The notes beneath the pieces are model-generated. The model saw only the letters and a program-made list of their open reading frames with translations. It searched no databases and had not been told where the DNA came from. A program made the translations under genes and the position numbers. From positions 1 to 59,665 of the forward strand of contig JALJEE010002881.1 of NCBI GenBank assembly GCA_023231475.1: 59,665 bases of DNA. The letters are read 5' to 3'. Source of the stretch: Seison nebaliae. Taxonomy: Eukaryota. This document shows positions 22,908 through 37,846 of this stretch, in pieces; position 1 is the stretch's first letter, and every line of letters begins with the position of its first letter.

Positions 22908-25900
22908 ATGGACGGTAATGGTGACGGTTTCGAATCACGAGACATTCGTGTTTTAGAAACAGCTGAAGATATTCAAGCTCGACGTGAACAAGTCCTCAAC
23001 AAATATGAGGAGACACAGAAGACGGCGGAATTGCGACATCGCAAATTATTGGAAGCACGAGAATATCAATATTGGCATCGGGATACTGATGAATTGGAGG
23101 CATGGATTCGAGAGCAGATTCATTCGTTAGAAATTGCTGCGAATGCGTCTTATTTGGGTGAGGAGAGTAGTAGTAATATGCAGGCTCGTTTGAAAAAACA
23201 TGAAATTCTGATGAATGAAGTGAATTGTCGAGAAGAGGAATTGATTAAATTCGATAAACAATCAATTGATATTGGTGATCGAGCACCTTATCTTCAACAG
23301 AATTTGGAGACACGTATGAATACGTTGAAGGAGTTGTGGGAATTGTTGAAACAACAATTATTGGAACGTGAACATTTATTGAAATCAGCAATGCAATATG
23401 TGAATTGGGTAAGAGAAGTGGAAGATTTCCTTCGATGGATCAACGAAAAAGAAGATTCTTTCAATGAATTAGAAGCGAAATTAAATACGTCATCATTGGA
23501 ACAAGTGCCACATTGGAATCGTAAGATTGAATTGATTGTTAAAGAAGTTGAGAATAAAAAATATCAATTAGATGCATTGTTTGCAGAGAGTGATGAGATT
23601 GTGAAAGTGAACGCAATTTATGATGATCGAGTACAAGCGAAACAATTGGAGATTCGAGAAGCATGGATTAGTCTCAATGATTTGAGTACAAAACGACAAC
23701 GGCGAATGTTCGATTCGCGTTATGTGCAGAAAGCAGCGAAAGATATCGATGACATTATGGAATGGATGAATGAGAAGAAAAAAATTTTCAATGCAACAGA
23801 ATTACCAGATGTTGATAAATCTGATCTCGCCACTATCCAAGGTCAACAACGACGACATGAAGTGATGGAACGAGATTTGAGTTCGATGTTTGAAAAATGT
23901 GGGAAATTGGGCGATGAAGTTGATCGTGCAAATCAGACGGTTGATGGTGAGAAGACGACGGAAGGACGAGAACGAAGTGAACAATGTAAACAATTGGGAG
24001 AGAAATTGCAGAATTTGGATAATTTGATGAATGAGTTCAAAGGATCTGCTGATGAACGAAAGAAAATGTTGAATGATATTTTCAATTATATCAAATTTAA
24101 AAATGACACATATAATACAACGATGAGATATAATGGAATGTTGAGGAATATGGAACAAGATACGGAAAGTGAAAATAAACGAAATGATCTCGATGTAATG
24201 GATGATGAGTATAAAGATCTAGTATTGGATATTGTGACAGTGGAGATGCAAATCGAACGTCATTGTGAGAATAGAAGTGCATTAAATAATCAAAAGGAAT
24301 TAGCAGATGAAATTATCAATGATGGTGAGAAAATGATTGAGAATGATCATTTTAAAAGTGAAGAAATTCGAGATGATTTGGATAAATTTAAAGAGATTAT
24401 GGATAATTGTGAACGTGTTTGGGCAGAAAAGGAAGCCATTTATTCTACTAATATGGATGCAGCATTTCGAGTGAAAGATTTCGAATCAATGGAAGCTTTC
24501 CTTCGTAAACATGAGGGAGCACTTCAATCCAAGAATTATGGTAATACATTAGAACAATGTGAGATTTTCATTCGAAAACATGAAGAGATAGAAAAATGGA
24601 TTGAACAAAGTCATCAAACGATGGAAAAAAAGAAAGAGGAATTTATGGGGAATGAACCATATTATTTGGGGAAATATATTGAGAATCGATTTCATTTAGT
24701 TTTTGCTAATTTCGGTCGAATTGTAGAATTGGCGAAAGTGAGAGGTGAAAGATTGAAAGAGCAAAGAAAACTTCATTTGTTTGAGAAAGACAATGAAGAA
24801 TTATTGGCATGGCTTCGTGAGAAATTGGCATATGCGAAATCAGATGAACGAATCACATCAGATGGTCAGAATTTACAAGTGAAAATTCAAAAATATCAGA
24901 ATGTTGAAGCGGAATTCAATGCAAGTGAATCACATTATGAATCGTTGAAGAAAGATGGAATTGAAATGATTGAAGGGAAACATTTCGCTTCAGAATTAAT
25001 CGAGAAACAATTATCAGTTGTAGATGATACATGGGATAAATTGAAATTGGCAATGGAAAAACGATCGAAACGATTATCTGATGCAATTACAAATCGATCA
25101 ATCAATCGATCAATGGAAGATGTAGAAATTTGGATTCGAGAAACAGAAGCTCAATTGAAAGCAGAAGATACAGGACGAGATTTAAAAGGAGTTCAAGCAC
25201 TTATTAAACGTGTCAATGCGATTAGTGAAGAAGTGGAAGCATATGGATCAATGATCAAAACATTGAATGATCGTTGTCAATCAGCAATTGATGATCATCA
25301 TTATGATTCGGAGAATTTAGAACGACGAAGAAAAGATTTAAATGAGAGATATAAACGATTATCAGTTCCGTTAGAGAAACGTCATAAATTGTTAGATGAG
25401 GCAAAAGATCTTCATCAACTTTATCGTAATATTGAAACGGAAGAAGCATGGATTCGTCAGAAACATCCGTTAATTTTAGGACCATTATTACGTGGACGAA
25501 ATCTCTCCACACTTAACAATTTCCGTACACGTCACATTCAGTTTCAGAATGAATTGTCATCACATGAACCAAAATATCGTGAAGTGGAAAATGCAGCGAT
25601 GGATATGATTAATGAGAATCATTGGGGAAAGGATGATATAAAATATCGTATAAATCATTTAGAAGAAGAAATGGATATATTAAAACGGAATGCTTTAGGA
25701 CGTCGACATGATTTAGATTGTGCTATCTCAGAAAGAGAATATATGAATGAAGCAGATGAAAGTGAAACTTGGATTAATGAAAAGATGCCATTAGTATCGA
25801 GTGGAGATTGTGGTCGTGATGAAGATTCGGCAACAGCATTATTAAGGAAACATGTGGCATTAATGAATGATATTGAAGCATTTTCCAAACGGATAAATAT

Positions 25901-28900
25901 GTTAGAAGAGGAAGCAAAACGTTATCAGACATTAAAGAATCGTTATAATAATTGCACAATTTCTTCTGCACCATTGAAAAGAAAAGAGCAATATGTGATG
26001 TGCAAAGGTGTTTTTGATGCGAAACAAACTCGAGAATTATCAATGAAAAATGGTCAACGTGGTATACTTTTGTATGAGATTAATGCCGAATGGTGGAATA
26101 TCGAATCAGATGGTTGTGAAGGATTTGTACCAAGTGAATATCTTCATATATTGACATCGGCTGAAATCGAGAAAGAAGAGAATATGAGAAAAGAAGAAGA
26201 GAAATGTGTGGAAACAAAACAGAATGAATTGGAGAGTAATTATAAGAAGTTGGCGGAATTGGCAGAAGAAAGAAAAGAAAAATTACAACAAGCATGTGAC
26301 ACTCATAAATTGGTACGAGAAGCAGCAGATTTGTTAATGTGGATGGATGATCATGGAAAAATGATGAGTGAAGTCGATAATCAAAATCGAATGATGAAAA
26401 AAGAATCGGAACAACTTCAACAAACTCAACAACCATCAATCGTCGTGGAAGATGGTGAGGAAATAGATTATTCGGAAGAGAAGACTCGAGTTCCTGATGA
26501 TTCTCCTCTTCCATCAACCATCATCGAAGAATGTGAAGATGATGTGAAGAATAAACAGAAACAATTTGATGATTTTAAGAAAGATTTGAAAGTGACGGAA
26601 AGTCGAATTCAAGAATTAAACGTTCTTTACGGAACATTAATTAAAACAGGACGACAAGAAGAAGCGGATATTGTTGGAGAGACGATGGGAAAAATGAATG
26701 TAAAATGGAATGATTTGAAGAAAGAGGCGGATAGTAGAGAAGCGGAATTGAAGAGTGCACACGAAGTGCAACATTTCATGAGAGATTGTAATGAGACAAT
26801 CGAATGGGCGTTAGAGAAGAAACAACGTCTCGATACATCGAATCAAACTGAAGATATATCTGGTCTTCCTGTCGATTTGGCGAGTGCACAACGAGCACGT
26901 CGTCGCCATGATGGATTTGAGCGTGATTTGCGCGCATTAGGTGCACGAGTGAAGAATTTGGATATGGAATGTGATACACTTATTCGTCGACATCCTGAAC
27001 AACGACAAGCGATTGAAGGACGTCAAGAAGAGTTGGATAAGATTTGGATTGAATTAACAAAAGGATCAGATGTGCGGAAAATAAAATTGATCGATGTAGA
27101 ACAATATCAACAATTCAATGCAGATCTTCATGATTTATCGTCATGGATGGAAAGTATGTTACAACAAGTTAAATCGAAAGAAGTCGGTAATGATGTTGGA
27201 AGTAGTGAAGCGTTATTATCTCGTCATCAAGAATATCGTGTGGAAATCGATTCAAGAAATGCAGTAATTAATAAATTATTAGATATTGGACAACAATTAT
27301 TGGATAAAGAACATTATGAATCAGAACAAATTATGGAGAAGATGAAACAATTTCGTGAGATGAGAGAGGAAGTTCTTGATGAATGGAATAAACGTCGTGA
27401 AATATTAGATCAATCGGCTGAAGCTCATATGTTTTTGAGAGAAGTGGAAACGGCCAATCAATGGATGAGAGGACGTGAAAATCAATTGAATGCAGCAGAA
27501 ACTCCAATGGGAGTTGAAGCGGCAATTAAACGTCATGAAGATTTCGATCGTGCTATTAATGTTCAAGAGAAAAAAATCGAATCATTGAAAGCATTTTATG
27601 ATAGTTTGGTAAGTAAACCAAATCCAGATGTTGGAGAATGTCGTTCAGCGATGGAAGGTGTTATGAGACGATGGGAAGATTTAAAAAAGAAAATGTTAGA
27701 AAAGAGAGCACAATTGGGGGAATCGCAAACATTGCAAGATTTTAGTCGAGATGCTGATGAAATCGAAATGTGGTTAACAGAACGAATTCATCAAATATCT
27801 GGTGATATAACATCAAGAAATTTGGTGGATGTAGCGAGTAAACAACAAAAACAAAATGCATTTGAAGCTGAATTAGCTGCTAATTCAGAACGAGTGAAAG
27901 CAATTATTGATGTTGGAAAGAGATTGAAAGCAGCGGAGAAATGTGCTGGATTAGAAGACGAAGTTGAGAAACGTGTTTATTCCATTAAAGAACAATGGGA
28001 AGTTCTCCTTCAACGAAGTACTGAACGAACTTATCGATTGAGAGATATCGCTCGACAACAATCATTACATGCTGGAATTAAAGATATCGAATTCTGGTTA
28101 GGAGAAATTGAACAACAAATGAAATCATCGAGTGATGATTTCGGTCGTGATTTAACGTCAGTCAAAGGTCTGTTAAAGAAGCATCAACTCCTCCAGAATG
28201 ACATCATCAGTCATGATGAGAGTGTGAAAAATTTGAATGCAACAGCTGAATGTTTCATTAATCAAATTGATGAGGATAATAATCGAACAAAAGAGAAAGA
28301 ATTAGAAGCGGAAAAATTGAGAAGAGCTATCAATTCCATTAGTGATCGATATGAAAAAGTGAAAATTGAGGCAACGGAAGCATATAAACGATTAAGTGAA
28401 GCGAATCAATTACATCAATTTCTTCGTGATTTAAATGAAGAAGAACAATGGATTAAAGAGAAAGAGATCAGATTGAGATCGAATGAAGATACTGGTCGAG
28501 ATTTGGCTGCAACTGAGAATTTATATAAGAAACATCGTCGATTAATTACTGAGATTAAACGTCATGAAACTGGAGAAATAGAACAATTGAAGAAAGCAGC
28601 AGAAGAAGATAATATTTCTTCATCAGAAATAGCAAAAGCATTAAATGCAAAAGAACGATTTGATGATGTGATGAATCAATGGAATCGATTAGTTTTAGAA
28701 TTGACAATGAATCGAACAAATCGATTAGAAGATGCTCTTCATTATCAACAATGGTCATCACAAATGAATGAAGAATTGACATGGATTGGAGAGAAGAAAC
28801 ATATTCAAGCAGCTGAATTATCTGATGAGACTCATGGAACTGGAGATTCTTTAGCAACTGTTCAAGGTCTATTGAAGAAATTGGACGCTTTCCGTACTGA

Positions 28901-30980
28901 CTTCCAATTACATAAAGATCGTTGTGGTGAATTGGAGACATCAGGAAATGTTCTTATTGAATCTAATAATGAAAATAAACAATTGGTACAAGAAACAGTA
29001 GAGAAAGTGAATATCGATCTCGAACAATTATTAGTTCAAGCCAATAGTAAACAAATTAAATTGCAAGAGAATGCTGAATTCCTCGAATTCTTATGGAGAG
29101 CTGATGTTGTTGAGAATTGGATCGCTGAAAAGGAACTTCATGTTCGTGCTGATGATATTGATTCATTAAAGACATTATTATCATTAGAGAATGCTCTCTC
29201 TCGTCAAAATGTGTTCGAAGCGAGTTTAGTCGCATTTCTCAATGATGGAATTGCACAACTTGATACATTGAGAAAACAATTGATGAAAGGTGATGGTCAT
29301 TCACAACTTCCAGCAATCAAGAAACGTCATGAGGAAGTCATGTTACGATGGGAGAGATTATGTGATTCATCCGCTGATCGAAAACAACGATTAATTGATC
29401 GTCAACGTGAATTGAAACAAATCGAACAATTATTCTTAGATTTCGCACGTAAAGCATCATCATTCAATACATGGTTCGAAAATGCTGAAGAAGATTTGAC
29501 GGATCCGGTCCGTTGTAATTCCATTGATGAAATTAACACGTTAATCGATGTTCATAAAACATTCAAAGATTCATTGGATGATGCGAAATTAGATCTGAAT
29601 GAATTGGAGAAATTAGATGAAAGAGTCAAACAATTGAATATGGGACCTAATCCATACACCTGGTTCACTATGGAAACATTGAAGGATACATGGAAATCGT
29701 TAGAACGAGCTGTTGAAGAACGAGATCAAGAATTAGAATTGGAGAATACTCGTCAAATCGAAAACGATCAATATCGCAGGAAATTCGCTGAATATGCAAA
29801 TGCATTCCACTCTTGGCTAACGGAGACAAGGTTCAATTTCCATTCATTATAAATTCAAAATATTTTTTTTTTTTTCAGACAAAAAATTAGTATGACTAAT
29901 ATCGATCGAACATTAGAAGAAGAAAAGAATATGATCACCGTTCACTTTTCATTCTTTTCTCTTTCTCTCTCTCTAAATTAAATAATTTAAAAAAATGTTT
30001 TTTTCAGGCTTTGTCGAAGGAAATACGAGAACAACGAGCACAATTGAAAGAAATCGAAGATTTGGGATGTCGACTTGAAAGTCGATTAGTTCTCGACAAT
30101 CGTTATACTGAACATTCTGTACTTTCTTTAGTTCAAGTTCAAATTCTTTTTTACTCTCTTAATTAACATCACCTTTTTCCTTTTTCATTAAAGGCTTGGG
30201 ATCAATTGGATCAATTGAGTCGTCGTATGCAATACAATTTGGATCAACAGATTCAAGCTAAAAAGAAATCAGGAGTTTCTAATGAAACTTATCGAGAATT
30301 TGGAATTATGTTCAAAGTTCGTTTTATTTCTTCTACAAATAATTTCTCATTAAAAATATTTTTTCCTAATATACTGAAAATTTCTTCTCTAAAATTATTA
30401 TTTATATTATAAAATTTCTTCTTTTTTTTTAGCATTTCGACAAAGACAATGATGGTGCACTTGATCATACAGAATTTCGTGCATGTCTTTTAGCATTAGC
30501 TTATGAGTTGCCAATGGCTGAAGAGAATCAAACAGACACCGCTTTCAATGACATCATTCGAACAGTTGATCCACAAGGGTTCCTCTTCTTTCTTTCTTTT
30601 CTTCCTTCATTTTAACGTTCAACTGATTTGATAGTACTGGACATATCCATTTTAAGGATTATATGGAATTTATGGTATCGAGAGAAACGGAGAATGTATC
30701 GGGAATGGACGATGTACTTGGTGCATTCATGGCGTTAACAGAAAGTGGAGAACGGAAGGAATATATTACGAAAACGGAACTGATTCAAGTTTAAATTTTA
30801 AGTAAATTTGAAATTTTTCAATTTTTTCTCTTTTTTTTTTCTTTTTTCCAGAATCTGGTACCACATCAAGCTGAATTCTGTATAGAGAATATGCAACCAT
30901 TCAAGGATCAGTCGGGAAACGTTATTCCCGATTCGTTGGATTACGTAGAATTCACTCGATCACTCTTCACTCATTCATGA
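22908..30980 (+). CDS. SPTAN1: Spectrin alpha chain: spectrin repeats, SH3 and C-terminal EF-hands; 6 introns, all near the 3' end
   Basis: IRVLETAEDIQARREQVL start, SH3 (RELSMKNG..EWWNIE..EGFVP), FARKASSFNTWFENAEEDLTDPVRCNS, NPYTWFTMETL, HFDKDNDGALDH and LDYVEFTRSLF. Introns 29831-29878, 29940-30007, 30137-30193, 30317-30432, 30579-30634 and 30789-30851. Confidence 0.97.
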
Positions 30981-32180
30981 TAAAAATGAGAGAGAGAGAG
31001 AGATATTTCATCTCTAAATAAGAGAGAGATATAAACATGAAAAGAAAAAACTTTCTTGACCTTTTTTTTCCTATTTTCCTTTTGTACATCCAATTATCTC
31101 ATTTAGCAACCTTCTGACTTCTGTTCGTGCAAGAAATCACCAATTTGCTTTTTTTTGTCTTCAAAATATCGTCTCCTGAGAGAAGAAAGGAGAAGTTGAA
31201 CTCAAATTAGATTTGTGTGAAATTCGATTCTTTCGTCAAACCGATTGCTTCCTAAACTGAATGTTCTGCGATAGGAAAATCCGAATTTTCCTTCTATAAA
31301 TATTTTTATTTTCTGTTAATGATATAATTGAAATTTCTTTCATTTCTCATCAAATTATCATCTTCAATAATCTATGAGTTCGTTTGTTATTTTGTAGATT
31401 AGTAGATCTCTCCCAATCGCTTCTTATTTTCTTCATAGTCTTCCTCTCAAGACTATTTTTCTTTTCAGTTAACTCTACGATTTCCAATAAATTTAACATC
31501 TTTTATTCTTACTCAATTAATCTTTCTCCAAATTAATCAAACAACTTTATATTGTGAATTCATTTTCAACAAAGAGAAGAACTAAAAATTTATCTTTTTA
31601 AAACTATAAAAAATTTTAGTTCAAGTTTAATGAAATTTTCATGTACGATAGTACATTTGGTCTCATGGGTTATTACTACTTTCATTCGGACAATTCTACT
31701 CTCGTTTCTTACAAATTTTGGAAAGTTTTAACATATTACAATAAATTTACGCGACATATCTGAACAATCTTCTTATTCAAAATTCTAATTAAAGTGTAAT
31801 ATAAAACTGAAATAGTCATAGTTAAGTAGTTGATTTGAATGATTTGAATTGGAAAAAAGCGGGATTTATCTAGAAGAATTTATTTTAAATAAATTAAGGA
31901 TAAATTTAGAATAAATGGTTGAATATCCAAGTTCATAATTTCAACTATGTCAAACTTGAAAATAGTTACGAAACAGGACGAGGTAAAATAGAATTAGATT
32001 TATTAATATCTCTGTGAACGTTTCCAACAGAGCGATGGAAAGTGAACAATTTTTTTTTACTTGTAAAACGAATGGAAATGATATTTTTAATTATTATGCC
32101 GAGGAAGATATTCAAAATTTAAGTTTTATAAGAATTTATTTTAGAAGCGTGTTCAGAACGGAATCATAGTGAACGGTAAA

Positions 32181-32788
32181 ATGTCTAACAATTCGTTGAG
32201 TCAAAATTTGCTCCAAATGAAGTTCATGAAGAACTCGGAGAGAGCGGCAACTTTGCGCAGTGACACATTAGACAAAGAATGTAATTTGGAGAATAAATGG
32301 TATATAATTCCAAATAAGACAGTGAAGAGATTAATTAACGAATCGTTATTTTTCATTCTTGAATGACGATTGAATAATTATAATTGAAGTGGAAAGAGAA
32401 TTTGTCGTTCGAAAGACTCATCAGAAGTGGATGACATTGCTGCTGATTTATATGGACGTCGGTCGTTTGGTGGCTACAATCATCAATTGGAAGTTATTTT
32501 ATTGTTAATTTTATTAATTTCATTTTAATTTGTACTCTTCAGTCATATCGACGACAATTGGCAGAACAAAGATATGATTTGATACTGACTGATCATGTAA
32601 TCTGCCAATTGACCATGGAGAAGAAGGAAAAAGAAGAAAATATTCAACTTGAAGAAATGGAGCAAGCGGATATCTTTACTGGAATATTTGACGAAAATCC
32701 AACTAAAATTGGGAAAAGAGTGAAATTGTTAGATACTCCATCTACTTCGAAGAGTGGGAAAGAGAGAAAACGAAGGAAAAATTTTTAG
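32181..32788 (+). CDS. MPHOSPH6: M-phase phosphoprotein 6 (exosome cofactor), 2 introns
   Basis: LSQNLLQMKFMK, a conserved W, and LYGRRSFGGYNHQLE after removing introns 32345-32389 and 32493-32542; basic C-terminus. Confidence 0.85.
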
Positions 32789-32963
32789 GATTTAAGCCTC
32801 TCACATTCAAATTTCCAACAACAACAGTAATGTTAGGAATTGAATTTTAACATTCAATTCAAAGTTCAATTTGCTGTTGTAGTTTCGTGTGAAGAATGAG
32901 CAAGAATTCCTCTCAATTAATGGAGTGTCAATATACACGTTCCCTATAGTGAAAGAAATTGCC

Positions 32964-35900
32964 ATGATTTTCCCATTTTTCAATTGGTTGATTGATGGGG
33001 AAGCTGAAGCGATCGATCGGATCATTTTCTCAGTTTTTAAACAAATAAAATATGAATTCTTTATTTTGAACTCTCTCTTCCTCTTCCTTCTTCTCTTCTC
33101 CTCTTTTCCACTCTCCTTATTGTTAGTGGGTTGTTTGTTGATGGGAGTGGTGGTGAATCTCCGACAGAATGTGGAGAATGACCACGATTTCCGTTTCGAC
33201 GAATATGAAGGAATTATTGATCAATTCTCGAATGATTCCACTCCGTATCAATCGAATGTCAAATCATTCATCATTTCGAATAGAAGTCGACGAAGACGAT
33301 GGATGAAAAGTATCGAAGTAAAGAGGAAAAAAGAGGCGAAAGATTCAGAATTAGATCTCGAAATCGAACGATTCAAATTATGTCTCTTCAACAATTATTT
33401 AAGAAGTTGGTATGAGGAATATATTGATGGAGATGAAGAATCGTTGGAGGAATTGAAAGAATTAATTTTTCAAAAAATCGATCGAATTCTTAACATTCTC
33501 TATTATCAATCATTGAAAGTTGATTGGAATGAATTGTTCGGTAGACGATTTGTCGAGATCTTCTGTCAACATATTCAATTATATAAAGCGTCAAGATTTG
33601 ATGCTGAACGTTTCGTATTGAATGAGAAAGAAATGAAAGAATTCGAATTGAATGAAGATGAATTGAATTATATTAATCGATTTATTAATAATCCGACAAT
33701 CGGAATCGAAACTCGATATACCATTTATCGATTCTTCCAGCTCGAGAATGAGATCGGTTCCGATCATAAAGAGAAGAAGAAGAAGAAGAAGAAGAATGAG
33801 AATGAGAATTTAACAAATTCACATCAATTCATTTTGAATAATTTGGAGAATCGTCGGAATTATCTTCGAGATTTGGTGGATGTTCTCCTCGTTCAATTGG
33901 TGGGTGAAACGTCGAATTATTTGAATCGTTTATTATTGAGAGAATGTTTAGTTGAGTTTGGAATATCTCGAACGATCGATTATGTTTCCACTTCTGATTT
34001 CATCAATCGATTAATTCTTTATTTCACTCAAAATATTCCATTATCACCAGAAATTATGGTGCAGATCATTCAATTAATTGGACCAGCACCTTGTTCAATC
34101 GCTGGTGGTCATCGAACTGCTTATATTGAACAAATACCATCAATCGTTATCGATGATATTAACAATAATAATAGTCAACAACAACAAAGAAAATTAGAAT
34201 ATAATCAATCGATAAAAGATGGAAAAAAATGGAAAGAAGAAAAATCATCAAATAATCGTGATAATTCACCCGATACTCTCCCAACTTCCAATAGTACGTC
34301 GTCAATAACGGTGAATAGTTCGAATTCAGAACAATTGAGAAAGAAAGTTAATTTGAAATCATCAATTTATACGAATGCTTCCAGACCTTTACATCATAAT
34401 CAAACCGATGAATTATTATTATTTCGTGAAGCGGTTCGTCGTGAATTGTATGATTTGACGGAAATTAGTAAATCAAATTGTTTAAAGAAAGCTGAATTAC
34501 AACAAACAAATCAACAAATCCGATCATTACAATATGTCGATCGATTAATCAATAATCGATTAGGATATGTCGGAAAATTCTTATCTAAATCGGAAATGAA
34601 TCAACTCAATGAAGAACAAGACAAATTTGACGAGATTGAAGAAGAGGAATTGGAGAATGTGGATTTGACGGATGCGGAATTATGTCGACAAAAACGGAAA
34701 GATGATTTGGAAGCAAAAAAATTTACTTTGAGTCAAATAATCGAAAATTCGAATCGACTCAAATCCTTCAATAATTTCCTTGCTCAACATTCGGATCGTC
34801 ATCGATATTTGGATTTCTTCACACAAATCATTTCGTTGAAACGATCCATCGAGTCTGCTCGAATTCAATTGGGAGCGACTCGGTCATACATTCCATTTAA
34901 TAATACCGGTCCCTCTTTCTCCATCAATCAGACATTTCGTGAATTAGGCAATTCATATAAGACCATCGTTTTCAAATTGCAAATGGAGAAGAAAGTGAAG
35001 AAGGAAGTGCAACATTTGCGCACAATCGCTTTCTCGATTTTCGCTGAATATTTGTTGATGGATAATGAAAAGATTGAATCAGAGAATGAATTTGTTTATC
35101 GAAAGAAATATCTTATTTATAAATTAAATAATGTTTTAATTCGAGAGACTCATGATGAAATCGAATCAGCTGAAACATTAGAAGAATTATCAGAAGCATT
35201 CGATCTACTTCATCATCAATTGAGGAGTATTTTAGAATCAAATAATTTTCTCAAATTATTTCATTTGTCGAAAGAACATGAGGAATTAGTAAATGAATTA
35301 AAATATCAACGTGAATTAGATGATTGTAAAAAGAGTCAATTAAGTGATGAATCGACATCAATCGCTTATGCTCATGGTCAATTTCAAATTCATTCGAAAA
35401 TTACTCATTGGGAAATGATTCCAAATCAATTATCATTAGAATCTCCATCAGCTTTCTCTAATACTAATGGTCATATGATGACTAATGAAAATAAACGTTT
35501 TTCATTCGAATCATTAAAAACTGATGATGATTCATCATTAAGAATTGGTGATGAGAATATATTGGAGAATGATGATTCGATAAATGATTCTTTTCAATTT
35601 GAACGATCATCAACTAGTTCATGTTTAGTTGATGAATTGAATGAAATGAATCAATCACCACAAACATCAATGAAAAATCATAATAATAATAACAACAACA
35701 ACAACATGTTATCAAGTGCAACATTACCATCATCATCGACGATGTCATCTGATTGTCATTGTGTTTATTGGATGGATATACAATGTGTGATGGATGATGA
35801 TATTGATACATGGAGAGTAGCTAGAAGATATAATCAATTTCATGATCTTCATATAACGATTAAGAAGAAATATCCGTTAATGGTTGATTTGCCATTTCCA

Positions 35901-36324
35901 TCCAAACGTATTATTAATAATACGTCTCATAAATTTCTTGAGAAACGAATGAAATTATTAAACATTTATCTCCAATATCTTTTCAAAGCGGATTGGCATC
36001 GTCTTTATCCTGATCTCAAATTTGTTCTCCGATCCTTTTTCGACATCAACGGTTATAGTGAAGAACGAAATCAATTGAATCGTAACTTCGATTTTATGGT
36101 GAAAAGTTCGTTCGAACGTATGAAATCATTCGCTACTCAATATGTCGATTATGGTGGTCGATTGTTGGAGAACACGTTTAATAATGACGATTTCATTCTA
36201 CCATCATTAACAGCTCAACAATCCAATACTAACAATGTCTCGTCATCATCATCGCCTATAGTTAAATGGAATGAAAATGACAATAATAACAATAATAACA
36301 ATAACAATAACAATAACAATAATG

Positions 36325-36355
<31 letters not shown>

Positions 36356-37406
36356 GAGTGATATAGAAACATTTTCGATGAATGAGAAACGTATTGAAGT
36401 GAAATCTGATATTTCCTTACCAGTTATCGGTTCCAATGTCGAGAGATCAGTAGCAATGGTTATTCTCTTATTAGAATGTGTGTTCGATGTGAATACGAAT
36501 CGTGAACCATTAATTCGTCGTGTAATGTATTCTGCAGTGAAAGAGATGTTGAAAAGATTGATGAAATTTTCTCTTCATCGTCAAGTTATGAATTTGATTC
36601 AATCGTCATTTTCCGTCGCTACGATGGCGTCAATTCTTCTTCGAATTCGTGAATCACTTTCTGATAATCCGACAACTTCATCTCCCGTCACTAATGACGA
36701 AAAGAAAGAGAAGATTTTAGACGAATTCATTCAACAGAATAATGTTGAGGAACAACGTCAAATGATTCATCGTCGATTAGTTGCACGTGCATATTTGTTG
36801 CAACTTCTTCCTGATCAATTAGATCAACCGCTCGGTAAAGATATTACTCGAAGTGGAATATTACGTCTCTTCGATATGATACAATGTGATGAATTGAATC
36901 GTCGTTTCGTTCTTATTTTTTTTGAAGAAATCTTCTCTTTTCTCTTTCCTTCTTCCACTCACAAATGTTTCAATCTCATTCTTATGTGTCGTCAATTGAG
37001 TGATTATTCTCGTATTCCACATCTCTCCAAATTCATCCATACTAAAACATCAAATAATCATCTTAATAATGATGTAAAAAAAGAGATGGGACAATCGATA
37101 TCATGTGAAGAAACAATAAATGATATCACTCAAAATCATCAAGACAATATTGACAACGATTCGGACGAAGATATTCGAATTAAAATCGACGATAAAGAAA
37201 CTTCCAAAATTAATATGATTGAAAATCCGTATAAGGCCAGATATGGTGTTATGGAAGTGTTGTTGACAATGCAAGAATTGAGATATAAGAAAGAGAAGAA
37301 AAAGAAGAATATTCCTTTATCTCCCATCACTTCCAACACTTCAATCCAACTCACTACTAACCGAACAACAAAGAATCCATTTGTAATTCATTCCAATCAG
37401 AATTAG
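32964..37406 (+). CDS. SNX13: Sorting nexin 13-like (TM-PXA-RGS-PX-PXC), intronless
   Basis: N-terminal TM segment, PXA (NYLRSWY..VDW..F..HIQLY; YLRDLVDVLL), an RGS-like region, PX (VARRYNQFHDLH..FPSKRIINN...FLEKR) and Nexin_C (GILRLFDMIQCDELNRRF). First ATG 32964. Confidence 0.88.
36280..36353 (+). repeat. (AAT/AAC)n coding repeat, poly-Asn in SNX13
   Basis: Translates NNNNNNNNNNNNNDNNNNNNNNN. Confidence 0.85.
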
Positions 37407-37846
37407 CACGAGAAAGAATTATCCTTTCTTTTAGCCAAATTTTTATTCCCCCCCTCCTAAACAGCTAATCCAACTTCCGATCTTATTTATTTATTATTTC
37501 ATTCTTTTCCATCACATCCTTCTCTTTCCTACATCAAACACATTTTATTTTGTGACTTTCAAATTCTCATGTCATTTCCTCATATGCGGCAACTTGTGAT
37601 TTCCATTTTCCATTTTCTTTCATACACGTTTTTCCATTGTGAAAATTCCAAATTAAATTCTATTCGATCAAATTTCAAAAAAAAATTCTTCTTTCACAAA
37701 AACTTTCATTTAAGTATTCATCATAATCATATTTTCTTCGAAAATTATCGAACAAATATTTAAAAATAATTATTGAAAAGAAGAAAAGTTTATTTTAATT
37801 AAATAACTAAATGAACAAAAAGGAGATTAGAAAGAATTGGATGGAA

